A stretch of 63,877 nucleotides of DNA, counting the filler, from Ferroacidibacillus organovorans (GTDB taxonomy: Bacteria; Bacillota; Bacilli; Alicyclobacillales; SLC66): the NCBI RefSeq assembly GCF_001642725.1. It is 4 parts of 4 records of this genome, joined end to end, with 100 filler letters (N's around TTAATTAATTAA, not from the genome) between each part and the next. Parts side by side here need not be neighbours in the genome. Positions count along the whole stretch, not along the records: positions 1 to 17,659 come from NZ_LSUQ01000055.1; 3 more parts are not named here. The stretch is one strand, 5' to 3'. The notes under the pieces were generated by a model. It saw nothing but the letters and a program-made list of their open reading frames with translations, was not told the DNA's origin and did not search any database. A program made the translations under genes and the position numbers. The first letter of the stretch is position 1. Each line of letters starts with the position of its first letter. This document shows, one piece after another, positions 1 through 8,502 of this stretch.

Positions 1-70
1 AGTGAAGTAGGAACCGTGAGTTGATTCTAGCCTCTGCGTTTCATTAACGTGGGGGCTATTTTACGCTTAC
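1..70. mobile_element. Terminal end of a probable IS66-family insertion sequence (rest lies outside the window)
   Basis: Reverse complement of 51-70 reads GTAAGCGTAAAATAGCCCCC, and IS66-family inverted repeats begin GTAA(GCG). PIN-domain coding sequence resumes abruptly right after position 70. Confidence 0.5.
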
Positions 71-585
71 TATTGGACGAGTGTAGAGCAGGAGATCAAG
101 AATTAGCACAACGGCGGTTAGGTGTGGTCACGGAGTTTCCCGTTCTGAGAATTACAAATGAAGTGATCAAGCTTGCAGAAACGTACGTTCAACTTCTTGA
201 GATTCCAGAACGGGCCAAGGTTGATGCTGTCCATTTGTCGGTTGCCGTGATATACGAAGTCGACTATTTATTAACGTGGAATTGCAAACACCTTGCTCAT
301 GGCGGAATCCGTACAAAGATACACCGATACAATCGGAGGCATGAGTTGCATGAGCCAATGATTGTAACGCCACTCGAACTAATGGGAGGTACGGATGATG
401 AAATGGAATGGAATGACCCCATTGTTGAAGAAGTCAGAGCAACTCGAGAACGGTTGCTACAGGAAGCTGGGGGATTTGATGCCTATATTAAAAAGCTCAG
501 AACCCTGGAACTTGAGCACCCGCAAAGGCTACTGTCAAAAGACGATTTAAAATCCAAAGAGTCAATCCCGAGCCGTGATAATTGA
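71..585 (+). pseudogene. 5'-truncated VapC-like PIN-domain toxin fused in frame to its normally separate downstream small partner protein
   Basis: Motifs DAVHLSVAVIYEVDYLLTWNCKHLA and IVTPLEL are present but the N-terminal acidic PIN motif is missing. The partner (WNDPIVEEVRATRE) follows a GGAGG RBS. A TGGAA tandem duplication at 404-413 removes the stop. Confidence 0.7.
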
Positions 586-685
586 AAGCATTCAATACGG
601 GACTGGGTAAATGTGTAAGTCTGTAAAGTAGCCCGGTGTCGGACCTGCTCATATCTACAGTATGAAGCTGTGTAAGCCACAATTC

Positions 686-706
686 TGGTGCAACTTTTGA
701 TGCAAC
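686..706 (+). repeat. Putative integrase arm-type sites, left of the att core (TGGTGCAAC / TGATGCAAC)
   Basis: Two near-identical 9-mers matching the repeat unit at 948-980, about 130 bp upstream of the tRNA fragment. Confidence 0.55.
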
Positions 707-836
707 AACGAAACAGCGATCAAACCATGTGAATACGTTTTGATACATGACATTGAGTGCGGAATGCCCATCACAACACCGTTCATTTGCTTTCTTCACA
801 ACTCAATCCCACGCTCTGCACCTTTGCCATCGCAGC

Positions 837-881
837 CTTTTAATCAGGGTGTCGATGGTTCGAGTCCATCATGGCTCACCA
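837..881 (+). other. 3' fragment of tRNA-Lys(UUU), i.e. att core of a tRNA-integrated genomic island
   Basis: CTTTTAATCAGGGTGTCGATGGTTCGAGTCCATCATGGCTCACCA covers the anticodon loop, T arm and CCA. The 5' half (acceptor strand and D arm) is absent. Confidence 0.85.
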
Positions 882-884
882 AGG

Positions 885-910
885 AAAACCGCGCGATTGC
901 GCGGTTTTTT
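885..910 (+). terminator. Intrinsic terminator after the tRNA-Lys fragment
   Basis: AAAACCGCGCGATTGCGCGGTTTTTT hairpin with U tract. Confidence 0.75.
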
Positions 911-947
911 GCTGTGCAGTGGGGCGGGGAAAAGGCAGGGATTGTGG

Positions 948-980
948 TTTGGTGCAACTTTGGTGCAACTTTGGTGCAAC
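948..980 (+). repeat. 3 x 11-bp direct repeat TTTGGTGCAAC (putative integrase arm-type sites)
   Basis: Perfect tandem copies at 948-958, 959-969 and 970-980, next to the att core. Confidence 0.75.
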
Positions 981-993
981 TGGGGAGTCGGGT

Positions 994-1272
994 TTATGAA
1001 AAGTACAAGCGGTCAGTTTGCCTGCGGGTCACGCGATATACGTAACCTCCGCAACCGCATTGATCGATAAAGCGGATATGGATTTGGTTTCCAAAGTGGT
1101 TTTGCAGAGCTGGAACCAAATAATCATCTGGGTTTCCATGGTTTTGAGCCACCGCCAAATTCACGAAATAACCGGGAGTTGTTTTGTAAATTGCCTCCAT
1201 GGAGTCTTTCAGGATGAGGTCACGGTCTAGCGCGTATTCTTCCGTCTCCAGATTGATGGACCAACTTCCCAT
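994..1272 (-). CDS. CGCGG-family small protein (putative radical-SAM-modified RiPP family), 92 aa
   Basis: N-terminal WSINLE and C-terminal FIDQCGCGGYVYRV motifs. GAGGAGG RBS precedes the ATG at 1272. Confidence 0.75.
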   Translation of the reverse strand: MGSWSINLETEEYALDRDLILKDSMEAIYKTTPGYFVNLAVAQNHGNPDDYLVPALQNHFGNQIHIRFIDQCGCGGYVYRVTRRQTDRLYFS

Positions 1273-1335
1273 ACGATTTTCCTCCTCGTCACGAAGCGGT
1301 ATGCCTCCATGATGCAATCGTTAAAACCACGATGC

Positions 1336-1351
1336 TGTGACGAAGAGCACA
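1336..1351. promoter_or_regulatory. Fnr/Crp-type box upstream of the CGCGG gene
   Basis: TGTGA-CGAAGA-GCACA, 1 mismatch to TGTGA-N6-TCACA. Confidence 0.5.
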
Positions 1352-1721
1352 CTGGGCATAAATCGAGGGTGGTAACCTGTTTGTGCGAGAAGTTGGGGCG
1401 TCTCACATGGGTGGCAAAGGTTCAGGTCATACGGATCTGATCCATAAGATCGAAATGATTGATGTCACTTGTCTAGCATTCGTTCGATGCAAGGGAGATT
1501 CGACCGCGCATTGCTCGGTAAGTTGCTGCGGCACGCAGACGTTTGATTGCAGGCAAAATACATGCTGCTCATGCGTTGTCTGGGTCTGCTTAAGACCGTC
1601 CTAACGACGCTTACGCCTGATGAACCCGATTGGGTTGGGGTGCTTTCAGACCATGCGCTGCCGATTCTCTTAGGCGGCCTAGAACCATCGGTTCAATCGT
1701 TGACTGGGAGGCAAATCGGTA

Positions 1722-1737
1722 AGTGATCTAGCGCACA
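1722..1737. promoter_or_regulatory. Fnr/Crp-type box upstream of the cupin-hemerythrin gene
   Basis: AGTGA-TCTAGC-GCACA (2 mismatches), with a TACAAT -10-like element at 1764-1769. Confidence 0.4.
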
Positions 1738-1799
1738 GCGTGATCCGTCCAAGAATGAAAAAATACAATTGAGGCTTATAAGGATGGGGAGGTTTGATC

Positions 1800-2642
1800 A
1801 TGGAGAAATATTCGCTGCAATTTCGAGAACAGTCGGTTCAGAGTGTACTGAAAAGAGGCGAGAGCAAGTTTGTTCAGCTTTCATTGGAGCCTGGGGAAGG
1901 GCTCACAAAGCATCGCGCGCCATTGGCACTCACCGTTATTGTACTGACGGGTCAAATTCGCTTTACCGTCGGTACGGAGAGTGAGGTGCTGAACGCCTCG
2001 GAGATGTTGGCGATCGAGCCGACGGTTGAGCATGCCGTGGAAGCGCTTGAAAGAAGTACGGTGTTGCTTGTTTTGACACCGAATGGCGTGCCAACGAAAA
2101 ACTCGACGGCGGCTGGAGAGCAAGCGTTGGAACATGAAAATGCATACCAGCACCCGGAGCTCTTGAAACAAATTGCGCCTGAATTGCGGCCCTTGGTTCA
2201 CGATCATATTCATGTCTGTAGCGTACTACATGCCGTGGAACAGTCTCTAGATCGAGAGATGATTCGGACAACCCTAAACACGATTGAACAGGAACTGAAG
2301 AATCACTTCAAGGCAGAGGAAAATGTACTGTTTCCGCGGATTGCAAATCATATCGGTGGAATGGACGTGGGGCCGATTGCAAGACTGCTCGAAGAGCACC
2401 GTGCTATTTCTCGTTTGCATAAAGAAGCGGAGGAACTCATGACGGTTGATGAACACGGGGATGAACACGCTCGTTCACTATTGACGAACAAGGTATTGGA
2501 ACTGTCGACGATGCTGCTCAATCACCTTGGAAAAGAAGACAGTCACTTGTTTCCGATGGCGAGTCGGTTACTCACGTCAGACGAAAAGGCTGTCATCGCG
2601 AATGAATTGAGGGAGTATGACTCGATCGGGTCTGTACAGTAA
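1800..2642 (+). CDS. Cupin + hemerythrin (HHE) domain fusion protein
   Basis: N-terminal cupin (LEPGEGLTKH...VEHAV). C-terminal hemerythrin ligand pattern H...HFKAEE...EEH...HLGKED. Confidence 0.85.
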   Translation: MEKYSLQFREQSVQSVLKRGESKFVQLSLEPGEGLTKHRAPLALTVIVLTGQIRFTVGTESEVLNASEMLAIEPTVEHAVEALERSTVLLVLTPNGVPTKNSTAAGEQALEHENAYQHPELLKQIAPELRPLVHDHIHVCSVLHAVEQSLDREMIRTTLNTIEQELKNHFKAEENVLFPRIANHIGGMDVGPIARLLEEHRAISRLHKEAEELMTVDEHGDEHARSLLTNKVLELSTMLLNHLGKEDSHLFPMASRLLTSDEKAVIANELREYDSIGSVQ

Positions 2643-2909
2643 TCCAATTTTGAGCGAGGAAGATGTGTACCGTACATTGGTTTGCCTGACCAAAAACAAC
2701 GCAGAGTTACGTATGCCCGTCTTGGCTGAGTGAGTAAAAATCCGGCGCGAGTGTCTGTTGCTGCAAAGCGCCGGATCATGTCATCCGCAGATCGTACCTT
2801 TTCGTCGGGGATGTTTGAGTAAGGTGCAGCTTATGTGAAAGATGCGCTGAGTGAATATAGGATTTATCTGTATATTGATAATAAGGCGAAATTAATAAGA
2901 AAGATATTC

Positions 2910-2939
2910 TTGACGAATTATAATATGTTCACTTATAAT
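2910..2939 (+). promoter_or_regulatory. SigA-type promoter overlapped by an inverted repeat (probable MarR operator)
   Basis: TTGACG-N18-TATAAT, overlapped by the ATTATAA-N9-TTATAAT palindrome at 2917-2939. Confidence 0.55.
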
Positions 2940-2978
2940 AATTGAGTATACGAAATAGGGTTAGGGGGAGAAAATAAA

Positions 2979-3404
2979 ATGTGGAAATATGAACACATGA
3001 TAGAAACTGAAGCAAGTGCTGAGGCAATATGGTCGCTCTATTCAGATGTATCGACGTGGACGAAATGGGATACAGGAATCGAAGATGTGGAACTGAGCGG
3101 CTCTTTTTGTGACGGATCATTTGGCAGCATAACACCGAGAGGACAGAGGGCGCTGATCTTCAAGCTTGTGGAAGTGCGTGAGAAAGAATGCTTCACGGAT
3201 GAAACGGAGATTCCTGGAGCAGGCGTCACCATTCGCTTTACTCACAGGTTGCAAACTCTTGAGAATGGGAAAACACGAGTGATTCACCAGGTGATGATGA
3301 TTGGACCTGCAGCAGATAAATTGGGACATCAAATTGGACCAGAGATTACATCGGAAATTCCAAAAACCATGCAAGCACTAGCAACAGTTGCATTACACAT
3401 GTAG
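2979..3404 (+). CDS. SRPBCC / polyketide cyclase family protein
   Basis: AEAIWSLYSDVSTWTKWD motif and a C-terminal helix typical of SRPBCC. Confidence 0.85.
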   Translation: MWKYEHMIETEASAEAIWSLYSDVSTWTKWDTGIEDVELSGSFCDGSFGSITPRGQRALIFKLVEVREKECFTDETEIPGAGVTIRFTHRLQTLENGKTRVIHQVMMIGPAADKLGHQIGPEITSEIPKTMQALATVALHM

Positions 3405-3450
3405 CGCAATGGAATTGAAAATTGATTTCTTAATGCAAGGGTGAGCAATT

Positions 3451-3906
3451 TTGGTGCGAAAATTTAGTTCCGAATTTGAGAAACCGGCTGATAGCCCTGG
3501 TTTTTTGCTTTGGCAGGTTTCAAATTTGTGGCAACGAAAACAACGAGATACATTAAAGACGCTTGACGTAACACACACCCAATTCGTACTTCTAACAACG
3601 CTGTTATGGCTCGAACAGTTGAATGAACCTATCACACAGGTTCAATTGGCACATCACACAAAGGTCGATGTGATGATGACATCTCAGGTGTTACGTACGT
3701 TAGAGAAAAAAGAACTTGTACATCGCAGTTCCCATCCTGCGGACACGCGCGCAAACCAAATTCACACAACAATGAAAGGAAAGGAAATCGTGGCAAAGGC
3801 GCTTCCGATGGTAGAACAGGTCGATCGAGAATTTTTTTCGCGAGGAATTGGAGATTGTGAACAATTTGTGCAGTTGTTTCAACAACTGTTAAACGAATCG
3901 CGTTAA
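3451..3906 (+). CDS. MarR family transcriptional regulator
   Basis: SPGFLLWQV, TQVQLA and DTRA winged-helix motifs. Confidence 0.9.
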   Translation: MVRKFSSEFEKPADSPGFLLWQVSNLWQRKQRDTLKTLDVTHTQFVLLTTLLWLEQLNEPITQVQLAHHTKVDVMMTSQVLRTLEKKELVHRSSHPADTRANQIHTTMKGKEIVAKALPMVEQVDREFFSRGIGDCEQFVQLFQQLLNESR

Positions 3907-3934
3907 GGCATATTTGTCGCATCCATCTTTATGC

Positions 3935-3976
3935 AAACACAACAAAACCGCGCGATCGCGCGGTTTTGTTGTGTTT
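3935..3976. terminator. Perfect 42-bp palindrome / bidirectional terminator
   Basis: AAACACAACAAAACCGCGCGA|TCGCGCGGTTTTGTTGTGTTT. Its core is nearly identical to the terminator at 885-908. Confidence 0.7.
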
Positions 3977-4222
3977 ACTTCAATCGAGGTAAAGAAGGAT
4001 TTTAGGATTGGAACGCATGTCTAGTCTGATCAGACCATGAAGAATTAGTCCGTTTGGATGGATTCCGCCTAGCAGGCTTATGTCTTACTCGCGCGCGAAC
4101 TGCGAGCTATGCTCGTGATGCAGTCGTAAACGATACGTACTCATCAGATGCGAGGCTCATCTTGAGGGGGGCGACGTTTACGACGTCGCGTGACACAGCA
4201 TGAAAGAAAGGAGTGAACTAAC

Positions 4223-5143
4223 GTGCATGACAAAGCGAAAAAGCGACGCATCCGCTACGGCATGCTTGGCGCTTCTGCAATGACCCTGCTCTTGTCAGGG
4301 TGTGGTCCTCAATATATGGTGCTTGATCCAGTCGGTCCAGTTGGACGAGAAGAGCTTCATTTAATTATACTCTCGGTCATCCTCACCGGAATTGTTATCA
4401 TACCTGTTTTGGCACTCTTAGTTTTTATCGTTTGGCGTTATCGTGACAAACCAGGCAACCGTGCGCCGTATCAGCCAAAGTGGTCTGAGAGCCGCGTCCT
4501 TGAAGTGATTTGGTGGGGGATTCCGATCGTGATCGTCGGCATTCTCGGTTACTTCACCGAAAAGACGACGTTTGCCCTTGTTCGACCGCCGGAAAACAAC
4601 ATCGCACCAATCACCATTGAAGTGACTTCGCTCGATTGGAAGTGGCTTTTCCAATACCCTGACCAAAAAATCGCAACTGTGAATTACGCGGTCATTCCTA
4701 CAGGTGTCCCGATCAATTTTGTGCTCACATCAGACGCCCCTATGAACTCATTTTGGGTGCCGCGACTTGGTGGGCAAGAGTACACCATGCCTGGAATGGC
4801 GATGCGTCTATGGCTTCAGGCGAATCAATCTGGGACGTATTATGGCCATGGCGCAAACTTCACAGGTCGCGGTTTCGCACATATGAACTTTAACGTCATC
4901 GCAAAACCTGCGACGCAATTTTATGGGTGGGTTCAGCGTGTGAAATCGACTTCACACCCGCTTACACGAGCGATTTACGCACAGCTTAAAATACCTAGCG
5001 TCATTGGAACAACCCAGTATTCTTCCATTCCGCCCAATTTATTTAACGGAACGGTATGGGCAGACGGTGGAAAATACATGCCGGGCATGCTGCCAGCGCA
5101 GGGTACGGGTTCCAACTCCATGAAGCACAATTCCACTCAATAA
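4223..5143 (+). CDS. qoxA: Heme-copper quinol oxidase subunit II (lipoprotein)
   Basis: Lipobox LLSGC, two TM helices, DWKWLF and NSFWVP motifs. No CuA cysteines, so a quinol oxidase type. Confidence 0.92.
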   Translation: MHDKAKKRRIRYGMLGASAMTLLLSGCGPQYMVLDPVGPVGREELHLIILSVILTGIVIIPVLALLVFIVWRYRDKPGNRAPYQPKWSESRVLEVIWWGIPIVIVGILGYFTEKTTFALVRPPENNIAPITIEVTSLDWKWLFQYPDQKIATVNYAVIPTGVPINFVLTSDAPMNSFWVPRLGGQEYTMPGMAMRLWLQANQSGTYYGHGANFTGRGFAHMNFNVIAKPATQFYGWVQRVKSTSHPLTRAIYAQLKIPSVIGTTQYSSIPPNLFNGTVWADGGKYMPGMLPAQGTGSNSMKHNSTQ

Positions 5144-5161
5144 GAAGGGAGTGACAGGCAC

Positions 5162-7132
5162 ATGCCAGTTTGGCTAACACATTTTACGACGACCTATTTG
5201 ATGTGGAATGAAGGCCCTATGATCTGGGGCTCAGATGTATTGATTCTTCTCACAATGCTTGGCATTGTTGTGACACTCACGCGATTGCGTCGGTGGAAAT
5301 GGCTCTGGCGTGAATGGCTGACAACGGTTGATCACAAAAAAATCGGCATCATGTATCTTCTTGCAGCACTTATAATGATGTTTCGCGGCGGCGTCGACGC
5401 ACTATTGTTGCGCACACAGCTCGCTGTCCCAGGAAATCACTTTTTAAGCGCCGAACACTATGATCAAATCTTTACGACACACGGTACGATCATGATTCTG
5501 TTTATGGCGATGCCCTTTATTTTCGCCTTATTCAATATTGTGGTACCGCTACAGATCGGCGCCCGCGATGTTGCGTTTCCCTATTTAAACGCGATTTCTT
5601 TTTGGTTATTCTTTTTTGGCGCCATGCTCTTTAATATTTCCTTCGTCTTTGGGGGATCACCGGACGCTGGGTGGGTCAGCTATCCACCACTCTCAGAGCT
5701 CGGGTTTGACTTTGGCCCCGGAGAAAACTACTACCTGCTAGCCTTACAGATTTCCGGTATCGGCAGCATCGCGACTGGGATCAACTTCTTGGTTACCATT
5801 TTTAAGATGCGTGCGCCCGGAATGAAACTTATGCGGATGCCACTCTTTTCATGGTCGGTTGTTGCGGCGAGTGTTGTCATCATTTTCGCCTTTCCGGCGC
5901 TGGCCATCGCCCTTGCGCTGCTTACGCTTGATCGGGTTGCAGGTACGCACTTCTTTACCATCTTACACGGTGGCGATCCGATGATGTTTGTAAATCTCTT
6001 CTGGGTATGGGGTCATCCGGAGGTGTATATCGTCATCTTACCCGCGTTTGGCGTTTACTCGGAGGTGGTCGCCACTTTCGCGCGAAAACGCGTCTTCGGT
6101 TACTCATCGATGGTGTTATCACTCATGCTCATTAGCGTCATCAGCTACTTTGTGTGGGCTCATCACTTCTTTACGATGGGCGCAGGGGCGGGCGTTAACA
6201 CGTTCTTTGCCATCGCGTCGATGCTTGTCGCCATACCGACGGGTGTCAAAGTGTTCAACTGGTTGTTTACGATGTTTCGCGGGCGGATTCGCCTGACACT
6301 TCCCATGCTCTGGACAATTGCCTTTGTCCCGTGCTTTACCATCGGCGGGGCGACCGGTGTGATGCTGGCCGCAGCGCCTGCAGATTATCAATACCACAAC
6401 AGCTACTTTCTGATCGCCCACTTTCATCAGGTCTTGATCGGAGGCGTCGTGTTTGGAATGCTCGCTGGTATGTACTACTGGTGGCCTAAAGTATTCGGCT
6501 TTATGCTCGATGTTCGGCTTGGAAAAATTGCGTTTTGGCTCTTTAACATCGGATTTTATGTCTGTTTCATGCCGCAATACGCGCTCGGTTTCATGGGGAT
6601 GCAGCGCCGCATGTACACCTACCCGACCGACATGGGCTGGGGAACGCTCAATTTTATCTCAACCATCGGCGCCTACATCATGGGACTCGGGTTTCTGTTC
6701 ATCGTCATTCAAGTACTTTACAGTATCAAACATGGGGAGCGCGACCTAACGGGCGATCCGTGGGATGCTCGGACACTTGAATGGTCGCTGCCATCTCCGG
6801 CTCCACACTACAATTTCGCCGTGATTCCAACGGTGACAGAGCGCGACATGTGGTGGGAACTCAAAGAGCGGAAAGAGACCGATCGTCTCAAACTGAAATC
6901 GGATATGATCACGCCGATTCACATGCCGAAAAATTCTGGTCGACCTTTCCTCATGGGAGTATCATTCTTCATCGCTGGATTCGGATTGGTCTTTGAATGG
7001 ATTCCTATCGCGGTACTTGGGCTCATCGGCATTCTACTCAGTTTACTCTTTCGAGCATTTGAGTATGGCGATGAGCACACCATTCCGGCTGATGAAATTC
7101 GCGAGACGGAAGCCGCATTGGGGAGGTTGTAA
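5162..7132 (+). CDS. qoxB: Heme-copper quinol oxidase subunit I
   Basis: DHKKIG, WGHPEVY, WAHH and AHFH ligand motifs. Confidence 0.95.
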   Translation: MPVWLTHFTTTYLMWNEGPMIWGSDVLILLTMLGIVVTLTRLRRWKWLWREWLTTVDHKKIGIMYLLAALIMMFRGGVDALLLRTQLAVPGNHFLSAEHYDQIFTTHGTIMILFMAMPFIFALFNIVVPLQIGARDVAFPYLNAISFWLFFFGAMLFNISFVFGGSPDAGWVSYPPLSELGFDFGPGENYYLLALQISGIGSIATGINFLVTIFKMRAPGMKLMRMPLFSWSVVAASVVIIFAFPALAIALALLTLDRVAGTHFFTILHGGDPMMFVNLFWVWGHPEVYIVILPAFGVYSEVVATFARKRVFGYSSMVLSLMLISVISYFVWAHHFFTMGAGAGVNTFFAIASMLVAIPTGVKVFNWLFTMFRGRIRLTLPMLWTIAFVPCFTIGGATGVMLAAAPADYQYHNSYFLIAHFHQVLIGGVVFGMLAGMYYWWPKVFGFMLDVRLGKIAFWLFNIGFYVCFMPQYALGFMGMQRRMYTYPTDMGWGTLNFISTIGAYIMGLGFLFIVIQVLYSIKHGERDLTGDPWDARTLEWSLPSPAPHYNFAVIPTVTERDMWWELKERKETDRLKLKSDMITPIHMPKNSGRPFLMGVSFFIAGFGLVFEWIPIAVLGLIGILLSLLFRAFEYGDEHTIPADEIRETEAALGRL

Positions 7133-7134
7133 TC

Positions 7135-7764
7135 ATGGCATTTATCGAATATGCTCTCCACGGACGTGTGGCGAACGAAGAAAAGCCGCTCGAGTATCAG
7201 GATCCAGAACAATCCATCAAAATTCTTGGTTTCTGGATTTTTCTAGCAACCGATATGTTGCTCTTTGGCTGTTTGTTTGCAACGTATCTCGTATTGCGCA
7301 CACACACGGACGGAGGATTGACCGCAAAACAACTGTTTGATGTTCCCGGTTTTGCGACTGAAACGTTTTTGTTATTGACAAGCAGCTTTACAGGCGGGCT
7401 CGCGACACTCGCGATGCGCAATCGAAATAAGTCGGCCGTGCTGGCCTGGATCGCCGTAACGGTGTTGCTGGGACTCGGCTTTCTCGGCTTTGAAGTGAGT
7501 GAGTTTGCTGCAAATGTGGCGAGAGGGGCAACGATGCAGCGCAGCGCCTTTCTCTCCGCATTCTACACACTCGTCGGTACGCACGGACTTCACGTATCGA
7601 TCGGCATCGGCTGGATGATTGTGACGTGGATTCAAATTGCCCGCAAAGGCATCACGCGGGTCACTGCGCGCAAGTTGTTTGTCGTCAATCTGTATTGGCA
7701 TTTTCTCGATGTGGTGTGGGTCTTCATCTTCACAGTTGTCTATTTATCTGGGGTGGTGATGTAA
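7135..7764 (+). CDS. qoxC: Quinol oxidase subunit III
   Basis: GFWIFL, GTHGLHV and YWHFLDVVW motifs. Confidence 0.93.
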   Translation: MAFIEYALHGRVANEEKPLEYQDPEQSIKILGFWIFLATDMLLFGCLFATYLVLRTHTDGGLTAKQLFDVPGFATETFLLLTSSFTGGLATLAMRNRNKSAVLAWIAVTVLLGLGFLGFEVSEFAANVARGATMQRSAFLSAFYTLVGTHGLHVSIGIGWMIVTWIQIARKGITRVTARKLFVVNLYWHFLDVVWVFIFTVVYLSGVVM

Positions 7765-7765
7765 G

Positions 7766-8104
7766 GTGAATGTGGAATCTGAAAAAGTGGATGGGGGAAT
7801 CCATCCAAAACATTCGGCGAAGAAGTACATTGTCGGATATCTCTCTTCTCTTGTGCTGACCGCGCTCGCGTACACATTTGCGCTAAAACGCTCCTTTACA
7901 CTAGGGCCGCTGCTCATCGTACTGATGGTGTTGGCTGGTCTGCAAATTGTGGTTCAATTGTATTTCTTTATGCACGCCACAGAGGGGGATGGACCTCCAT
8001 TCCATCTAGGAGCACTCGTACTTGGGCTCTTCTTTACGTTCGCCGTTGCGCTGATGTCTGTCTGGATCATGGGATTTCCTGCATTCAGCGCACGAGTTTC
8101 GTAA
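7766..8104 (+). CDS. qoxD: Quinol oxidase subunit IV
   Basis: YIVGYLSSLVLT and QIVVQLYFFMH motifs, last gene of the operon. Confidence 0.9.
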   Translation: MNVESEKVDGGIHPKHSAKKYIVGYLSSLVLTALAYTFALKRSFTLGPLLIVLMVLAGLQIVVQLYFFMHATEGDGPPFHLGALVLGLFFTFAVALMSVWIMGFPAFSARVS

Positions 8105-8109
8105 CGTAT

Positions 8110-8179
8110 CGCCTCGCCGCTGTACGTAAAGAGGCAAGACGCGGATGCGTCTTGCCTCTTTACGTACAGCGGCGAGGCG
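8110..8179. repeat. Perfect 33-bp inverted repeat with 4-nt loop between convergent genes
   Basis: CGCCTCGCCGCTGTACGTAAAGAGGCAAGACGC-GGAT-exact reverse complement. Confidence 0.9.
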
Positions 8180-8216
8180 TGTTGCAAAGGGTAAATCCCA
8201 TAACGTTCAGCGTTCG

Positions 8217-8327
8217 TTAGTATGCTCCGCCAGCCCCGCCACCGTAAGTTGGTACAAAGAGGAAGAACAGTACGAAAATAATCAAAAACACAATCGCCCA
8301 TTGGGTGTAGTTCCCAAACGTGCCCAT
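8217..8327 (-). CDS. 36-aa single-TM Gly-tailed microprotein (not in the ORF track)
   Basis: Translates as MGTFGNYTQWAIVFLIIFVLFFLFVPTYGGGAGGAY*, with a GAGGGA RBS. Paralog of 8371-8502. Confidence 0.75.
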   Translation of the reverse strand: MGTFGNYTQWAIVFLIIFVLFFLFVPTYGGGAGGAY

Positions 8328-8370
8328 GTGAATCCCTCGCTTTCCTTACCCATTCACTGAATTGAGAAAC

Positions 8371-8502
8371 TTAGTACGCGCCGCCAACGCCTGCACCCGT
8401 TGTGCCATAGCCGCCACCGATACCTGGAACAAGCAAGAAGAACAGTACGAAAATAATCAGAAATACAACAGCCCAACGCGTATATCCTCCAAATGTACCC
8501 AC
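8371..8502 (-). CDS. 43-aa single-TM Gly-tailed microprotein (not in the ORF track)
   Basis: GTG start, translates as MGTFGGYTRWAVVFLIIFVLFFLLVPGIGGGYGTTGAGVGGAY*, with a GAGGAGGG RBS. Many differences from the paralog are synonymous. Confidence 0.75.
   Translation of the reverse strand: MGTFGGYTRWAVVFLIIFVLFFLLVPGIGGGYGTTGAGVGGAY

Noticed and set aside
805..881. Complete tRNA-Lys gene
   Set aside because: No 5' acceptor strand or D arm. Only the 3' 45 nt match, so it is called an att fragment.
948..980. CRISPR array or iterons
   Set aside because: The 11-bp units are contiguous with no spacers, and there is no cas or rep gene nearby. Position beside a tRNA fragment favours integrase arm sites.
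8255..8480. CRISPR-like direct repeat (AAGAACAGTACGAAAATAATCA twice)
   Set aside because: Only two copies, explained by the shared TM-coding segment of two paralogous microproteins.
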